Below, piece after piece: positions 26,298 to 37,674 of a stretch of DNA of 64,000 bases. Position 1 is the first letter of the stretch; each line of letters begins with the position of its first letter. Source of the DNA: Patescibacteria group bacterium UBA4787 (GTDB lineage Bacteria; Patescibacteriota; Patescibacteriia; UBA2591; UBA4787); the NCBI GenBank assembly GCA_002402995.1, contig DHGX01000001.1:151073-215072 (forward strand), read 5' to 3'. The notes below the pieces were generated by a model that saw only the letters and a list, made by a program, of their open reading frames with translations, did not search any database and was not told where the DNA came from. The position numbers and the translations under genes are program-made.

Positions 26298-29200
26298 ATG
26301 GCTACTCAAAAAATCGTTTCGACGAGAAATTTTTTTTCGAGCACTGACTCAACAAAACATTTACCCGATTTAGTTGAGATACAAAAAGCTTCTTATTCGG
26401 CATTTTTGAAAAGCAGTATCAAAGAATTATTAAAAGAATTTTCTCCGATCGAAGATTATGTTGGTCGTAACCTTGAACTACATTTTATAGATTGTTATCT
26501 TGATGAGCCGAAGTTTGACGAAACGGTCAGCCGCGAGAGAAACCTCACCTACGAAGCTGCCTTAAAAGTCAAAGCCAGGATGGTTAATAAGAAAACTGGC
26601 AAAAAAATAGAGCAAGAAGTTTATTTCGGCGATATGCCGCTTATGACCAATAATGGCACTTTTATTATTAACGGCATTGAGCGCGTGGTGGTTCAGCAAT
26701 TAATTAGATCACCAGGCGTTTATTTTGCCTCCGATAACTATAAGGGTAAATTTTTATATGGCGCGAAGATTATCCCCGAACGAGGTATTTGGTTAGAATT
26801 TGAAACAGACGCCAGTCATGTTATTTGGGTAAGAATTAACCGTCAACGTAAAGTCACAGCCACCTCTTTATTGCGTGCTTTTGGTTATAGTACAGATCAA
26901 GAGATTTTAGATCTTTTCAAGAAAGTTGATACTGATCCCGATGTTAGATACATAGCTTCTACGATTGAGAAAGATCCAACCGCATCGATAGACGAGGGTC
27001 TAATTGAGGTTTATCGAAAAATCAGGCCCGGTGAAATGGCTACGCCCGACAACGCTAAATCTCTTATTTATGCTATGTTCTTTAATGCTAATCGATATGA
27101 TTTAAGCGAGGTTGGCCGTTATAAAATAAATAAAAGATTCAAGCTTTTAATTGCCGAGAAAAGGATTCCTTTTGACGCGAAAATAGCAGAAACCGAATCA
27201 AGGATTTTGAGAAAAGAAGATTTAGTGGTTATCATTTCTGAAATTATAAGATTGAATTTGACTCAAGAAGAACCGGATGATATTGATCATTTGGGCAATC
27301 GAAGAATCAGAGCAGTGGGAGAATTAGTTAATGGTAGGATGCGTGTGGGTATGATGAGGCTACAGCGCATTATTAGAGATCGTATGAGCACCGTGGAAGT
27401 TAATAAAATAACACCCACCCAACTTATTAATCCGCGGTCAGTTATCAGCGTGGTCCGTGAATTTTTTATGTCCAGCCAACTGTCGCAATTCATGGATCAA
27501 CATAATCCTTTGTCAGAGCTGGAACATAAAAGAAGATTAACGGTCGCTGGTCCGGGCGGTTTAACGAAAGAAAGGGCTGGCTTCGAAGTCCGCGACGTGC
27601 ATCGCACTTTTTATGGCCGTATTTGTCCCATTGCCACACCAGAAGGTCAGAACGTCGGTTTGGTCGGACATTTGTCTTGTTACGGACGATTAAACAAATA
27701 TGGATTCATAGAAACTCCTTATCGTAGGGTGGTTAAGGGTAAAGTAATAGCCGAGATTGTATTTTTGGATGCTCTAGAGGAGGAACGCCACATTATCACT
27801 CCTTTTTCAGCTAAGGCCGTAGATAAAAACAATAAAATTATTAATTCTCGAGTCGAAGCCAGGGTTTACGGTCGACCGAGTTTTTGTTCGGTTGATGAAG
27901 TAGAATTTATAGATATTGCTTCAAATCAGATTGTTAGCGTTGCGACGTCATTAATTCCATTTTTGGAGCATGACGACGCTAACCGCGCTTTGATGGGCAC
28001 AAACATGCAACGTCAAGCAGTTCCTTTGATCAATCCGCAATCACCCATTGTTGGCACAGGTATTGAGGGAAAAATCGCACGAGACACGGGCCACTTGGTG
28101 GTAGCGCCGGAAGATGGTCGTGTGGTTGAAGTTGACGCTAGCTATATTAAATTTATTAGTAACAAAGGAAAAACTTATAATTATTATTTGAGTAAATTCG
28201 TTCGTTCTAACGCAGATACCTGTTTCAACTCGCAAGTTATCACCGAAAAAGACAAGACGGTTAAAGCAGGAACAGTTTTAGTTGACGGTCCTTGCACGGA
28301 GCAAGGCGAATTGGCTTTAGGTAAAAACATTCTGGCTGCTTTTATGGCTTGGGAGGGTTATAATTACGAAGACGCAGTAATTATTTCTTCTCGTTTGGTT
28401 AGAGATGATGTTTTTACATCTGTTCATATTGATGAACACATTATTGATGTTCGTGAGACAAAACTAGGACCAGAAGTGGTAACTCGTGATATTCCTAACG
28501 TGAGCGAGGAAAAATTAAAAAATCTCGACGAAGAAGGCGTTGTTTATATCGGCGCTGAAGCTAAATCGGGCGATATATTGGTTGGCAAGATAACTCCCAA
28601 GGGTGAGACCGAATTGTCTGCGGAAGAAAAATTATTGCGCGCCATCTTTGGTGAAAAAGCTAAAGACGTTCGCGACACTTCTCTTTATCTTGAACACGGA
28701 GAGCATGGTAAAATTATTGGTGTTAAAGTTTTCTCTCGCGATAATGGTGATAAATTGCCAGCCGGTGTTATTAAATCTATACATGTTTTAGTGGCTGACT
28801 TAAGAAAGATACAAATTGGCGACAAGGTGGCTGGTCGACATGGCAACAAAGGTGTTATCTCTCGAGTGGTTCCTGAAGAAGATATGCCACATTTGGCAGA
28901 TGGCACGCCGGTTGATATCATTTTAAACCCTTTGGGTGTGGTTTCTAGGATGAATCTAGGGCAATTATTAGAAACCTGGCTAGGTTTGGCGGCTAAAAAA
29001 CTTAATTATAAAGTAGCCACGCCAGTTTTTGACGGCACCAAAGAAGAAACCCTTAAACAAGAATTAAAAAAAGCTGGCTTTGATGAATCGGGCAAGCAGT
29101 TACTCTATGATGGGCGAACCGGTCTGCCGTTTGAAAACAAAATAACGATCGGTTATATCTATTATATGAAACTAGACCATATGGTTGAGGACAAGATTCA

Positions 29201-29540
29201 TCAACGTTCAATTGGGCCTTATTCTTTAATTACTCAACAGCCTTTGGGCGGTAAGGCGCGTTTTGGTGGTCAGCGCTTTGGTGAGATGGAAGTCTGGGCA
29301 CTAGAAGGTTATGGCGCAGCTAATGTGTTGCAAGAAATGTTGACGATTAAATCTGACGATGTGCCGGGTCGAACCAAAGCCTATGAATCAATTATTCGCG
29401 GCGAACCAATCAAGAATGTTTACTTGCCGGAATCATTTAATGTTTTGGTTAGAGAATTGAAAGGCTTGGGATTAAAAGTCGAATTATTAAAGGCCGGCCG
29501 CAAGGTAGAGATTGAGAAGAAAGAAAAGAAATGGATTTAA
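26298..29540 (+). CDS. rpoB: DNA-directed RNA polymerase subunit beta
   Basis: The sequence is unmistakable RpoB, for example GDKVAGRHGNKGVIS, QRFGEMEVWALEGYGAA and LTIKSDD. Confidence 0.95.
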   Translation: MATQKIVSTRNFFSSTDSTKHLPDLVEIQKASYSAFLKSSIKELLKEFSPIEDYVGRNLELHFIDCYLDEPKFDETVSRERNLTYEAALKVKARMVNKKTGKKIEQEVYFGDMPLMTNNGTFIINGIERVVVQQLIRSPGVYFASDNYKGKFLYGAKIIPERGIWLEFETDASHVIWVRINRQRKVTATSLLRAFGYSTDQEILDLFKKVDTDPDVRYIASTIEKDPTASIDEGLIEVYRKIRPGEMATPDNAKSLIYAMFFNANRYDLSEVGRYKINKRFKLLIAEKRIPFDAKIAETESRILRKEDLVVIISEIIRLNLTQEEPDDIDHLGNRRIRAVGELVNGRMRVGMMRLQRIIRDRMSTVEVNKITPTQLINPRSVISVVREFFMSSQLSQFMDQHNPLSELEHKRRLTVAGPGGLTKERAGFEVRDVHRTFYGRICPIATPEGQNVGLVGHLSCYGRLNKYGFIETPYRRVVKGKVIAEIVFLDALEEERHIITPFSAKAVDKNNKIINSRVEARVYGRPSFCSVDEVEFIDIASNQIVSVATSLIPFLEHDDANRALMGTNMQRQAVPLINPQSPIVGTGIEGKIARDTGHLVVAPEDGRVVEVDASYIKFISNKGKTYNYYLSKFVRSNADTCFNSQVITEKDKTVKAGTVLVDGPCTEQGELALGKNILAAFMAWEGYNYEDAVIISSRLVRDDVFTSVHIDEHIIDVRETKLGPEVVTRDIPNVSEEKLKNLDEEGVVYIGAEAKSGDILVGKITPKGETELSAEEKLLRAIFGEKAKDVRDTSLYLEHGEHGKIIGVKVFSRDNGDKLPAGVIKSIHVLVADLRKIQIGDKVAGRHGNKGVISRVVPEEDMPHLADGTPVDIILNPLGVVSRMNLGQLLETWLGLAAKKLNYKVATPVFDGTKEETLKQELKKAGFDESGKQLLYDGRTGLPFENKITIGYIYYMKLDHMVEDKIHQRSIGPYSLITQQPLGGKARFGGQRFGEMEVWALEGYGAANVLQEMLTIKSDDVPGRTKAYESIIRGEPIKNVYLPESFNVLVRELKGLGLKVELLKAGRKVEIEKKEKKWI

Positions 29541-29562
29541 TATATAAATATATAAAAATATT

Positions 29563-32500
29563 ATGCCTCTTCCTTCTACAACAAGAACTTTAATTTTGCC
29601 AGAAGTAGGCGAGAAACAATCTATCACTGATTTTGATTCTATTAAATTAGGTATTGCTTCGTCGGAAGATATTTTAAATTGGTCCCATGGTGAAGTAATT
29701 TTCCCTGAGACTATTAATTATCGTACGCTAAAACCGGAACGAGATGGTCTATTCTGTGAAAAAATATTCGGACCGGTTAAAGATTGGGAGTGTGCCTGTG
29801 GCAAATATAAAAAAGTTAGATATCGCGGAATCGTCTGTGATCGTTGCGGCGTAGAAGTAACGCGCAGTTTGGTTAGACGCGAAAGAATGGGTCACATCAG
29901 TTTGGCCACGCCAGTTACGCACATTTGGTTTTTAAGAGGCGTGCCATCAAGAATCGGCTTATTTTTGGATTTATCTGTCCAGGCTTTGGAAAAGATAGTT
30001 TATTTTGCTAGCTTCGTGGTCGTTAGTGTTGACGAAGAGCTGAGAGACGAGACACTCAATCAATTAGAAGAAGAATTTAAAGATAAAAAATTAGAACTCA
30101 AAAAACAATTTTCAGTTAAAATAGAGCTTGAGAAATCACTAACCGGTTTGAACGAAGCCTATCAAACCACCAAAAAAGAAATTGAAAGTTTAAAGCTGGG
30201 AAGCTTGCTGTCTGAAATAACCTATCGCAACCTTTCAGCTAAATATGGGCATCTTTTTAATGCTAAAATCGGCGCAGAAGCCATCTTAACCCTTTTGAGT
30301 AAAATCGATCTTAATAAGTTAGTACATGATTTAGAAAAGAAAAAAAAGAAAACAACTAATCCGGGGAAAAGAAAAAAGATTATTCAACGTTTACAATTGG
30401 TGAGAAATTCTATTAACAATAAAATAAAACCGGAATGGATGATTCTTAAGGTTATCCCGATTATTCCGCCTGATTTAAGACCGATGGTGCAATTGGATGG
30501 CGGTCGGTTCGCTTCGTCCGACCTTAATGATTTGTATCGCCGCATTATTAATCGTAACAACCGTTTAAAAAGATTAATTGATTTAGGGGCTCCTGAAATT
30601 ATTTTACGTAACGAAAAAAGAATGCTTCAAGAAGCGGTCGATGCTTTGATGGACAACGAAATGAGAACGAATAAAACCGTAACAGCTTCTACTGGCCAAA
30701 AAAGACCACTCAAGTCGTTAGCAGATATTTTAAAAGGAAAACAAGGTCGTTTCAGACAGAATCTTTTAGGTAAACGAGTTGATTATTCTGGTCGCTCGGT
30801 TATCACCGTTGGTCCGCACTTGAAACTTGACCAATGCGGTTTGCCGAAAATGATGGCCATCGAATTATTTAGACCGTTTGTTATTAGTCGATTGATCAAA
30901 GCCGATGTGGTGCACAATGTTAGAAGCGCTAATCGTTATATTGAAACTGGTGCCAAAGAGGTCTGGGATATTTTAGAAGATATTACCAAGAGCTCTTATG
31001 TATTGTTGAATCGTGCGCCAACATTGCATCGACTTGGCATCCAAGCTTTTCATCCGACTTTGATTGAAGGTAAGGCGATTCAGATTCATCCTTTTGTTTG
31101 TAGCGCATATAACGCCGACTTTGACGGCGATCAAATGGCGGTTCATGTTCCTATTACCGAAAAGGCTATTGAGGAGGCGGCCAGTATAATGCTTTCGAGC
31201 CACAATCTTTTGAAACCAGCGACAGGCGAGCCGATTATTGCGCCGACCAAGGATATGGTATGGGGCGCTTATTATATGACAACTATTATCGAAAAATTAG
31301 GCACAGAGATTAAGTCTTTCGCAAATATTCAAGAAGCGATTTTAGTTTATGAGTTTAATAAAATTGGTATCCAAGATAAAATTAAAGTTAATTTAGGGAA
31401 AAATAATAATATAGAGACTTGTGTTGGTCGTTTAATTTTCAATTCGGTTTTGCCATCCGGCATTTATAATCTAGATAAACAGGTAGATAGTAAATTAATG
31501 AAAAATCTTCTATCTAAGTGTATTGAACAGTTTCCAGCCGAAGAGGTTGTATCTATTTTTGATCAAATAAAATCTTTGACTTTGAAATATCTTACTCTCT
31601 CTGGTATGTCGTGGGGATTGAACGATCTGCCTGAGTTAGACGAAAAACCCAATATTATTAAGAAAGCAGAAGAAAAAATTAACGAAATCGAGAAACAATA
31701 CGAAGAAGGTCTTTTGGCTGAAGATGAGAGATATTTAAAAACCATTAACGTTTGGGCTAAGACCAAAGACGAAATTACTGATTTATGCAAAAGAAATTTT
31801 AATTCATATAGTTCGGTTATGTCCATGGTTAATTCCGGCGCCAGAGGCTCTTGGACACAATTGACGCAGATGGCAGGGATGAAGGGTATTGTTGGTTCGC
31901 CGAGCGGCCGTCTTATTGAATTGCCGGTGAAGAGCAGCTTCAAGGAAGGTTTGGACGTTCTTGAATATTTTATTTCTACTCACGGCGCAAGAAAAGGCAC
32001 TTCAGACACGGCCTTGAGAACGGCGAGCGCCGGTTATCTTACTCGTCGTTTGGTTGATGTTTGCCAAGACTTGGTGGTACGCGAAGATGATTGCGGCGAC
32101 AAAGAAGGAATTTTAATTACTAAAAAAGATAGCGAAGAAATGGGAGAAACAATTTGGAGTCGTGCCTTAAATCGTTTCGCTGCTAAAAAGATAGTGGACT
32201 CTAAAACGAAAAAAGTGATCATTAAGGCCGGAGAATTGATTGATAAAGAAAAAATTAAAATTTTGGAAAAAATTGATATTGAAGAAATAAGAATTCGTTC
32301 GGTGATAAACTGTAAAACTTTACGCGGAGTATGCGTCAAATGTTACGGTTTTGATTTAGCGGTTAACAAAGAAGTAGTTCTGGGTACGCCGGTAGGCATT
32401 TTGGCCGCTCAAAGTATCGGTGAGCCAGGAACACAATTAACACTTCGAACTTTCCATACAGGTGGCGTGGCAGGGAAGGATATTACCCAGGGCTTGCCAA

Positions 32501-33372
32501 GGGTAGAAGAACTGTTGGAAGTTCGCCCTCCTAAACAAAAAGCTATTATGGCCAAACACAGCGGCGTGGTTTCAGTGGAAACAATTAATGACTTGAAGAA
32601 TATTAAAATTAAATACTACGGGTCTAAAGAAGAAACATATTTGCTAGACGAAGATGTTGCGTGGGAAATAAAAGTGAAAAATACCGGAGAGGTTAAAAAA
32701 GGAGATGTCCTTGCTAAGTCTGATAAAAAATCAATTAAAGCTAAGCGTCCGGGGAAAGTTAAATTAGAAGATGGACAAATTATAATTTCTTATGAGGCTG
32801 ACGATATTGAAGAATATGATGTGCCTATAAATTATGCGATTTGGGTTAAAGATAGCGAAAAAGTCAAGGCCGGTGATCAATTGACAGAAGGTAGTTTAGA
32901 TTTACACGAACTATACGAACTTAGGGGTAAAGAGGCCGTACAGAATTATATTTTAAAAGAGATTCAGTATATTTATACTTCACAAGGGCAGAAATTAAAT
33001 GACAAACACATAGAAAACGTTATTAAACAAATGTTCTCTCGCGTTTTGGTGACCGATGGCGGTGACACCGAATTATTATCAGGAGACATTATCCCAATCT
33101 CTTTCTTGTTAGAACACAATCAAGTCGCAGAAAAAGACGGCAAAAAATCTGCTCAATATCAGGAATTATTATTGGGTATTAGTAAGACGTCTCTTTCAAC
33201 CGATAGTTTCTTGTCCGCGGCAAGTTTCCAGGAAACATCACGCGTGTTAATTAGCGCGGCAGTTAATGGTTGGCCAGACAAGCTTTATGGTTTAAAGGAA
33301 AATGTTATTCTGGGTAGAGTAATTCCGGCTGGAACTGGTTGGCTAGAACATCATAAAAAGAAAGCTGCTTAA
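29563..33372 (+). CDS. rpoC: DNA-directed RNA polymerase subunit beta'
   Basis: The Zn-finger CACGKYKK...CDRCGVEV, the catalytic YNADFDGDQMAVH and the trigger-loop region are all present. Confidence 0.95.
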   Translation: MPLPSTTRTLILPEVGEKQSITDFDSIKLGIASSEDILNWSHGEVIFPETINYRTLKPERDGLFCEKIFGPVKDWECACGKYKKVRYRGIVCDRCGVEVTRSLVRRERMGHISLATPVTHIWFLRGVPSRIGLFLDLSVQALEKIVYFASFVVVSVDEELRDETLNQLEEEFKDKKLELKKQFSVKIELEKSLTGLNEAYQTTKKEIESLKLGSLLSEITYRNLSAKYGHLFNAKIGAEAILTLLSKIDLNKLVHDLEKKKKKTTNPGKRKKIIQRLQLVRNSINNKIKPEWMILKVIPIIPPDLRPMVQLDGGRFASSDLNDLYRRIINRNNRLKRLIDLGAPEIILRNEKRMLQEAVDALMDNEMRTNKTVTASTGQKRPLKSLADILKGKQGRFRQNLLGKRVDYSGRSVITVGPHLKLDQCGLPKMMAIELFRPFVISRLIKADVVHNVRSANRYIETGAKEVWDILEDITKSSYVLLNRAPTLHRLGIQAFHPTLIEGKAIQIHPFVCSAYNADFDGDQMAVHVPITEKAIEEAASIMLSSHNLLKPATGEPIIAPTKDMVWGAYYMTTIIEKLGTEIKSFANIQEAILVYEFNKIGIQDKIKVNLGKNNNIETCVGRLIFNSVLPSGIYNLDKQVDSKLMKNLLSKCIEQFPAEEVVSIFDQIKSLTLKYLTLSGMSWGLNDLPELDEKPNIIKKAEEKINEIEKQYEEGLLAEDERYLKTINVWAKTKDEITDLCKRNFNSYSSVMSMVNSGARGSWTQLTQMAGMKGIVGSPSGRLIELPVKSSFKEGLDVLEYFISTHGARKGTSDTALRTASAGYLTRRLVDVCQDLVVREDDCGDKEGILITKKDSEEMGETIWSRALNRFAAKKIVDSKTKKVIIKAGELIDKEKIKILEKIDIEEIRIRSVINCKTLRGVCVKCYGFDLAVNKEVVLGTPVGILAAQSIGEPGTQLTLRTFHTGGVAGKDITQGLPRVEELLEVRPPKQKAIMAKHSGVVSVETINDLKNIKIKYYGSKEETYLLDEDVAWEIKVKNTGEVKKGDVLAKSDKKSIKAKRPGKVKLEDGQIIISYEADDIEEYDVPINYAIWVKDSEKVKAGDQLTEGSLDLHELYELRGKEAVQNYILKEIQYIYTSQGQKLNDKHIENVIKQMFSRVLVTDGGDTELLSGDIIPISFLLEHNQVAEKDGKKSAQYQELLLGISKTSLSTDSFLSAASFQETSRVLISAAVNGWPDKLYGLKENVILGRVIPAGTGWLEHHKKKAA

Positions 33373-33392
33373 AACGCTTATATTCATACGAT

Positions 33393-33430
33393 AAACCCCG
33401 CAGAAATTTCTAATGCGGGGTTTATCTTTA
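33393..33430 (+). terminator. intrinsic terminator after rpoC
   Basis: A 10-bp stem aaaccccgca/tgcggggttt with an 11-nt loop is followed by T-rich sequence. Confidence 0.65.
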
Positions 33431-33534
33431 TTAAAAAATATGTTATTATTAATAAGCGAGTATAAACAATGAAGAGTGAATGTTGCGCACAAACAACGCT
33501 TTTAAAATTTTAATAATTTTTAATTTATACTTTT

Positions 33535-35733
33535 GTGTCTCATAGAAATAAAAATAATAAGCGCAAAGAAGTAAAATCGCCACCTCGCGCAATTGAAGTT
33601 ACGTCGCTAGATCAAAAGGTCTTTAAGTTAATTATCGTTACAATTCTAGTTGCTTTGGCTTTAATTTTATTTTTAGGTTTGATCGATAAGGCTGGTCCCG
33701 TTGGCCTGACGATCACCCATTTTTTGGGTAGAATTTTTGGTTGGGCGAATTGGTCTTTGCCGATTTTATTGTTAATCTCCAGCTATTTTTTATTAAAATT
33801 ACAACCAGCAGAGAATTTACCGAAGAAAAAATATTTTGGCTTTTTCTTTTTCGTTATATCTCTATCCGTCATTTTGCATTTGTTATTCTTAGCCAGTGAA
33901 GGAACTAACAGGGTTGGAGAAAGCGGCGGTTATGTCGGCTATTCGCTCGCGTATTTATTTCAACAATTTTTTGGTTATATCGGTAGCATGATTGTTTTTT
34001 CTACAATTTTTATTATCGGATTGATTTTATTATTTGTTTCTTTCGATAAGACCGAAGAAAAACAAAAATTGAAAGAAGAGAAAAAAGAAAATTTGGGCAT
34101 TAAAGAAGAAGAAAAGATTTCGAGGCGTTTTGGTCTGTTTTCTTGGTGGAAATCTTTTCAAAATGAATTAGAGAGAAAAGAAAAAGATTGTTCGGCTGAA
34201 GCAGAAGCTCGAAAAATATTAACACCTAAAACAGAAGAAATCATCTCACAAGACAAAAATGAAAAATCGCCGAAAGGAAAGAAAATTTCCGAAATATTTA
34301 AATCAGATAAAGGGGGTACTATTAGGAAAAAAATAACTGATCTGCCTTTCGATCTCTTAGATAGCGGCGCGGGCAAACCCGACGCCGGCGATGTTCAGGC
34401 TAAAAAATTTGTTATTCAAAAAACACTTAATAATTTTGGCATTGAAGTGGAAATGGGCGCTTGCCAGGTCGGTCCTACGGTTACGCAATATACTCTTAAG
34501 CCGGCGGATGGCGTTAAGCTTTCTCAGATTACAGGGCTTAACAATGACATCGCTCTGGCTTTAGCTGCCCATCCTATACGCATTGAAGCTCCGATTCCCG
34601 GTCAATCTTTGGTCGGCATTGAAGTTCCCAATCGAGCCATAGCTATTGTGCGTTTAAGAGAGCTCTTAGAAACCGAAGAATTTAAAAAAAGAAAAACCAA
34701 TCTTACTATTACTCTGGGTCGTGACGTGGCTGGCGCTGTTTGGTTGGCAGATTTGGGCCGTATGCCTCATTTATTAATCGCCGGATCAACTGGTTCCGGA
34801 AAAACCGTGATGCTTAATTCCATTATTATCAGTTTGCTTTACGAAAATACACCGGAAGATTTAAAATTTATTATGGTTGATCCAAAGCGCGTAGAATTGA
34901 CTTTTTATAATGATTTGCCTCATTTATTAGTGCCGGTCGTGACCGAGGTGCCAAAAACAATCAATGCTTTAAAATGGGCGATTCGCGAGATGGAAAATCG
35001 TTTTGATATTTTATCCAATGCCAAAAAACGCGATATCGAAACTTATAATCGTGAAATGCCGGAGAAAATGCCGTATGTCGTTATTGTGGTTGACGAATTG
35101 GCCGATCTAATGGTTGCTGCCTCTCAAGACGTGGAAGCCTGCATTATTCGATTGGCGCAAATGGCTCGTGCGGTGGGCATTCATTTGATTTTGGCCACTC
35201 AGCGACCATCTGTTGATATTATTACAGGTTTAATTAAGGCTAATATTACTTCGCGTATTGCTTTTTCAGTGGCTTCAATGGTAGATTCGCGCACTATACT
35301 GGACACATCAGGCGCAGAAAAATTATTAGGTCGCGGTGATATGCTTTTTACTAGTTCCGAACTTTCCAAGCCTAAACGCTTACAAGGCGCTTATGTTTCC
35401 GATAAAGAAATTAAACGAGTAGTTGAATATTTAAGAAACCAACGTGAGCCAGATTATAATTTGGAAATTACAGAAAAATCTAATAATGGGGCGCAGGAAG
35501 GAGGATTCTCTAATCTAGAAGAAGACGAACTTTTGCCTCAAGCCAGAGAAGTTGTTATCCAGGCGAAAAAGGCTTCGGCCTCATTACTCCAACGTAGATT
35601 AAGAGTCGGATATGCTCGAGCGGCTCGGCTTTTAGATTTATTAGAACAGGAAGAAACGATTGGCCCGGGCGATGGTGCTAAACCGCGAGAAGTTTTTATT
35701 ACTAGTATCGAAGATACAGATAACGAAAGTTAA
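33535..35733 (+). CDS. ftsK: DNA translocase FtsK/SpoIIIE
   Basis: An N-terminal TM region is followed by the Walker A AGSTGSGKTV, the Walker B VVVDELADLM and a C-terminal gamma-like domain (QRRLRVGYARAARLLDLLE). It starts with GTG. Confidence 0.85.
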   Translation: MSHRNKNNKRKEVKSPPRAIEVTSLDQKVFKLIIVTILVALALILFLGLIDKAGPVGLTITHFLGRIFGWANWSLPILLLISSYFLLKLQPAENLPKKKYFGFFFFVISLSVILHLLFLASEGTNRVGESGGYVGYSLAYLFQQFFGYIGSMIVFSTIFIIGLILLFVSFDKTEEKQKLKEEKKENLGIKEEEKISRRFGLFSWWKSFQNELERKEKDCSAEAEARKILTPKTEEIISQDKNEKSPKGKKISEIFKSDKGGTIRKKITDLPFDLLDSGAGKPDAGDVQAKKFVIQKTLNNFGIEVEMGACQVGPTVTQYTLKPADGVKLSQITGLNNDIALALAAHPIRIEAPIPGQSLVGIEVPNRAIAIVRLRELLETEEFKKRKTNLTITLGRDVAGAVWLADLGRMPHLLIAGSTGSGKTVMLNSIIISLLYENTPEDLKFIMVDPKRVELTFYNDLPHLLVPVVTEVPKTINALKWAIREMENRFDILSNAKKRDIETYNREMPEKMPYVVIVVDELADLMVAASQDVEACIIRLAQMARAVGIHLILATQRPSVDIITGLIKANITSRIAFSVASMVDSRTILDTSGAEKLLGRGDMLFTSSELSKPKRLQGAYVSDKEIKRVVEYLRNQREPDYNLEITEKSNNGAQEGGFSNLEEDELLPQAREVVIQAKKASASLLQRRLRVGYARAARLLDLLEQEETIGPGDGAKPREVFITSIEDTDNES

Positions 35734-35774
35734 AATTTTAAATTATAAATTCGTAATTCATAATTCAAGTTTCT

Positions 35775-36470
35775 ATGTTTAAGTCTGATACAGCCGCCAA
35801 TCTTTTAAAAAAAACTCGAGAAGCCAAAAATTTAACAATAAAAGAAGCATCTCTCCAGACAAAAATTAGCGAAAAATATCTAGATTTGATAGAAAATGGG
35901 GAATATGAAAAATTGCCGAGTTTAACGCACTCCTGTGGTTTTTTAAAAAATTATGCTATTTATTTGGGGCTTAATCCAGACGATATAAATTTAAAATTTA
36001 AAGGAGAAGTTTCTTTTTTAGAGCAAGATAAAAAATTATTTCCAGAAAAAACTATTAACCCCGGACAAAGGTTGTTGAATAGGTTCAGTTTACCTACGTG
36101 GAAATTTGACATGCGGCGTTTTTGGGTTTTTTTCTTCGGCCTTTTGATCTTGTCGTATTTGGGTTGGGGTTTGAAAAAAATGATTTTTCCTCCGACATTG
36201 ATTGTTGACGCCCCAGCCAATAATTTGAAAGTTTACGAACCAGCCACCATCGTTAAGGGTCGCGTTGCCGCCGAAACTATAGTAATGATTAATAGCGACG
36301 TGATTGAAAATATAGCCAGAGGGGAATTCGAAGAAAAAATTTCGTTGATGCCCGGTCTTAATTCTGTTCGAATCACGGCTAAGAAGAAAAATAATCAAGT
36401 ATCCGCGATTGAAAGGATGGTTTTTTACCAAATTCCGCAGAGCAATTCTACCACTACCTCGGCTCTTTAA
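35775..36470 (+). CDS. RodZ-like protein (N-terminal HTH, single TM, C-terminal domain)
   Basis: An XRE-type HTH (LTIKEASLQTKISEKYLDLIENGEY) is followed by a TM helix at about residue 120. This is the RodZ architecture. Confidence 0.45.
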   Translation: MFKSDTAANLLKKTREAKNLTIKEASLQTKISEKYLDLIENGEYEKLPSLTHSCGFLKNYAIYLGLNPDDINLKFKGEVSFLEQDKKLFPEKTINPGQRLLNRFSLPTWKFDMRRFWVFFFGLLILSYLGWGLKKMIFPPTLIVDAPANNLKVYEPATIVKGRVAAETIVMINSDVIENIARGEFEEKISLMPGLNSVRITAKKKNNQVSAIERMVFYQIPQSNSTTTSAL

Positions 36471-36508
36471 TCGCCGTTGACTTTATTTAACTAAATAATT
36501 ATAGTTTA

Positions 36509-36583
36509 TTATCAAGCGAACGAGTGAAATGGAAATAAAATTTCCATTTCCGAGTAAGCGCGGATAACACAGGGTTAATACCC
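36509..36583 (+). repeat. dispersed ~75-bp GC-box/palindrome repeat, copy B
   Basis: tatcaagcgaacgagtgaaatggaaataaaatttccatttccgagtaagcgcggataacacagggttaataccc. It lies between the RodZ-like gene and recA. Confidence 0.7.
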
Positions 36584-36648
36584 TTTATTGGTTCGCTTTA
36601 AATAGCTTGTATTTGTAATTATAAATTTTAATTTTTAATTTAAAAAAT

Positions 36649-37668
36649 ATGTCAAAATCACAAGAAGATAATGATAAAATAACCGCTAATCGTTCGCAAG
36701 CTGCCGAAGAAGCAATTAATCAGATTAAAAGCCGTTTCGGCGAAGGATCGATTATGCGTTTGGGTGAAGCACAAAAAATTAACGTGGAAACTATTTCTAC
36801 GGGTTGTTTGTCTTTAGATCTGGCCTTGGGTGGCGGAGTGCCGCGAGGCAGGGTTATTGAAATTTTCGGTCCCGAAGCTTCGGGAAAAACTACCCTAGCT
36901 TTACATATCGTGTCCGAGGTCCAGAAAAAAGGCGGCGTAGCGGCCTTTGTGGATGCGGAGCATGCCTTAGATCCGGAATATGCCAAGAAGATCGGCGTAA
37001 AAGTTGACGATCTTTTAATTTCGCAGCCCGATACCGGTGAACAAGCTTTGGAAATAGTTGAGACTTTGGTTCGTTCTAATGGTGTTGATGTAATTGTGAT
37101 TGATTCAGTAGCGGCTTTGACCCCCAAAGCGGAAATCGAAGGAGAGATGGGAGATCAACATATGGGTCTTCAGGCTCGTCTTATGAGCCAGGCCTTAAGG
37201 AAATTGACCGGCATTGTTGGTAAAACTAAAACAACGGTTATCTTTATTAATCAGATTCGTTTGAAAATCGGCGTTTTCTTCGGCAACCCGGAGACCACTA
37301 CTGGCGGTATGGCTTTAAAATTTTATGCTTCAGTGAGAATTGAGGTGCGGCGCTCAGAACAAATTAAAAAAGGCGACGAGATAATGGGCAACATGGTTAA
37401 AGTCAAGATCGTTAAGAATAAAGTTGCTCCGCCGTTTAAAACTTGCACTTTTGATATTATGTATAATGAAGGCATTTCCGTGTCCGGCGATCTTTTAGAC
37501 GCAGGAGTTAACCGCGAGATTATAAAAAAATCGGGGAATACTTATGCTTTTGGCGAAACCAAACTTGGTGTCGGTCGGGACGCGGCTAAAGATTTTATTA
37601 AAACCAATCCTAAAATTCAAACAGAAATCAGAAAAGCTGTTTTAGAGAAAGTTAGTAAAACGGTATAG
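36649..37668 (+). CDS. recA: recombinase RecA
   Basis: [12 protein letters not shown] (Walker A), VIDSVAAL and the L1/L2 loop regions are canonical RecA. Confidence 0.95.
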   Translation: MSKSQEDNDKITANRSQAAEEAINQIKSRFGEGSIMRLGEAQKINVETISTGCLSLDLALGGGVPRGRVIEIFGPEASGKTTLALHIVSEVQKKGGVAAFVDAEHALDPEYAKKIGVKVDDLLISQPDTGEQALEIVETLVRSNGVDVIVIDSVAALTPKAEIEGEMGDQHMGLQARLMSQALRKLTGIVGKTKTTVIFINQIRLKIGVFFGNPETTTGGMALKFYASVRIEVRRSEQIKKGDEIMGNMVKVKIVKNKVAPPFKTCTFDIMYNEGISVSGDLLDAGVNREIIKKSGNTYAFGETKLGVGRDAAKDFIKTNPKIQTEIRKAVLEKVSKTV

Positions 37669-37674
37669 TAAGTT

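Noticed and set aside
36720-37127. Minus-strand ORF inside recA
   Set aside because: It is antisense to a canonical recA. There is no support for it.
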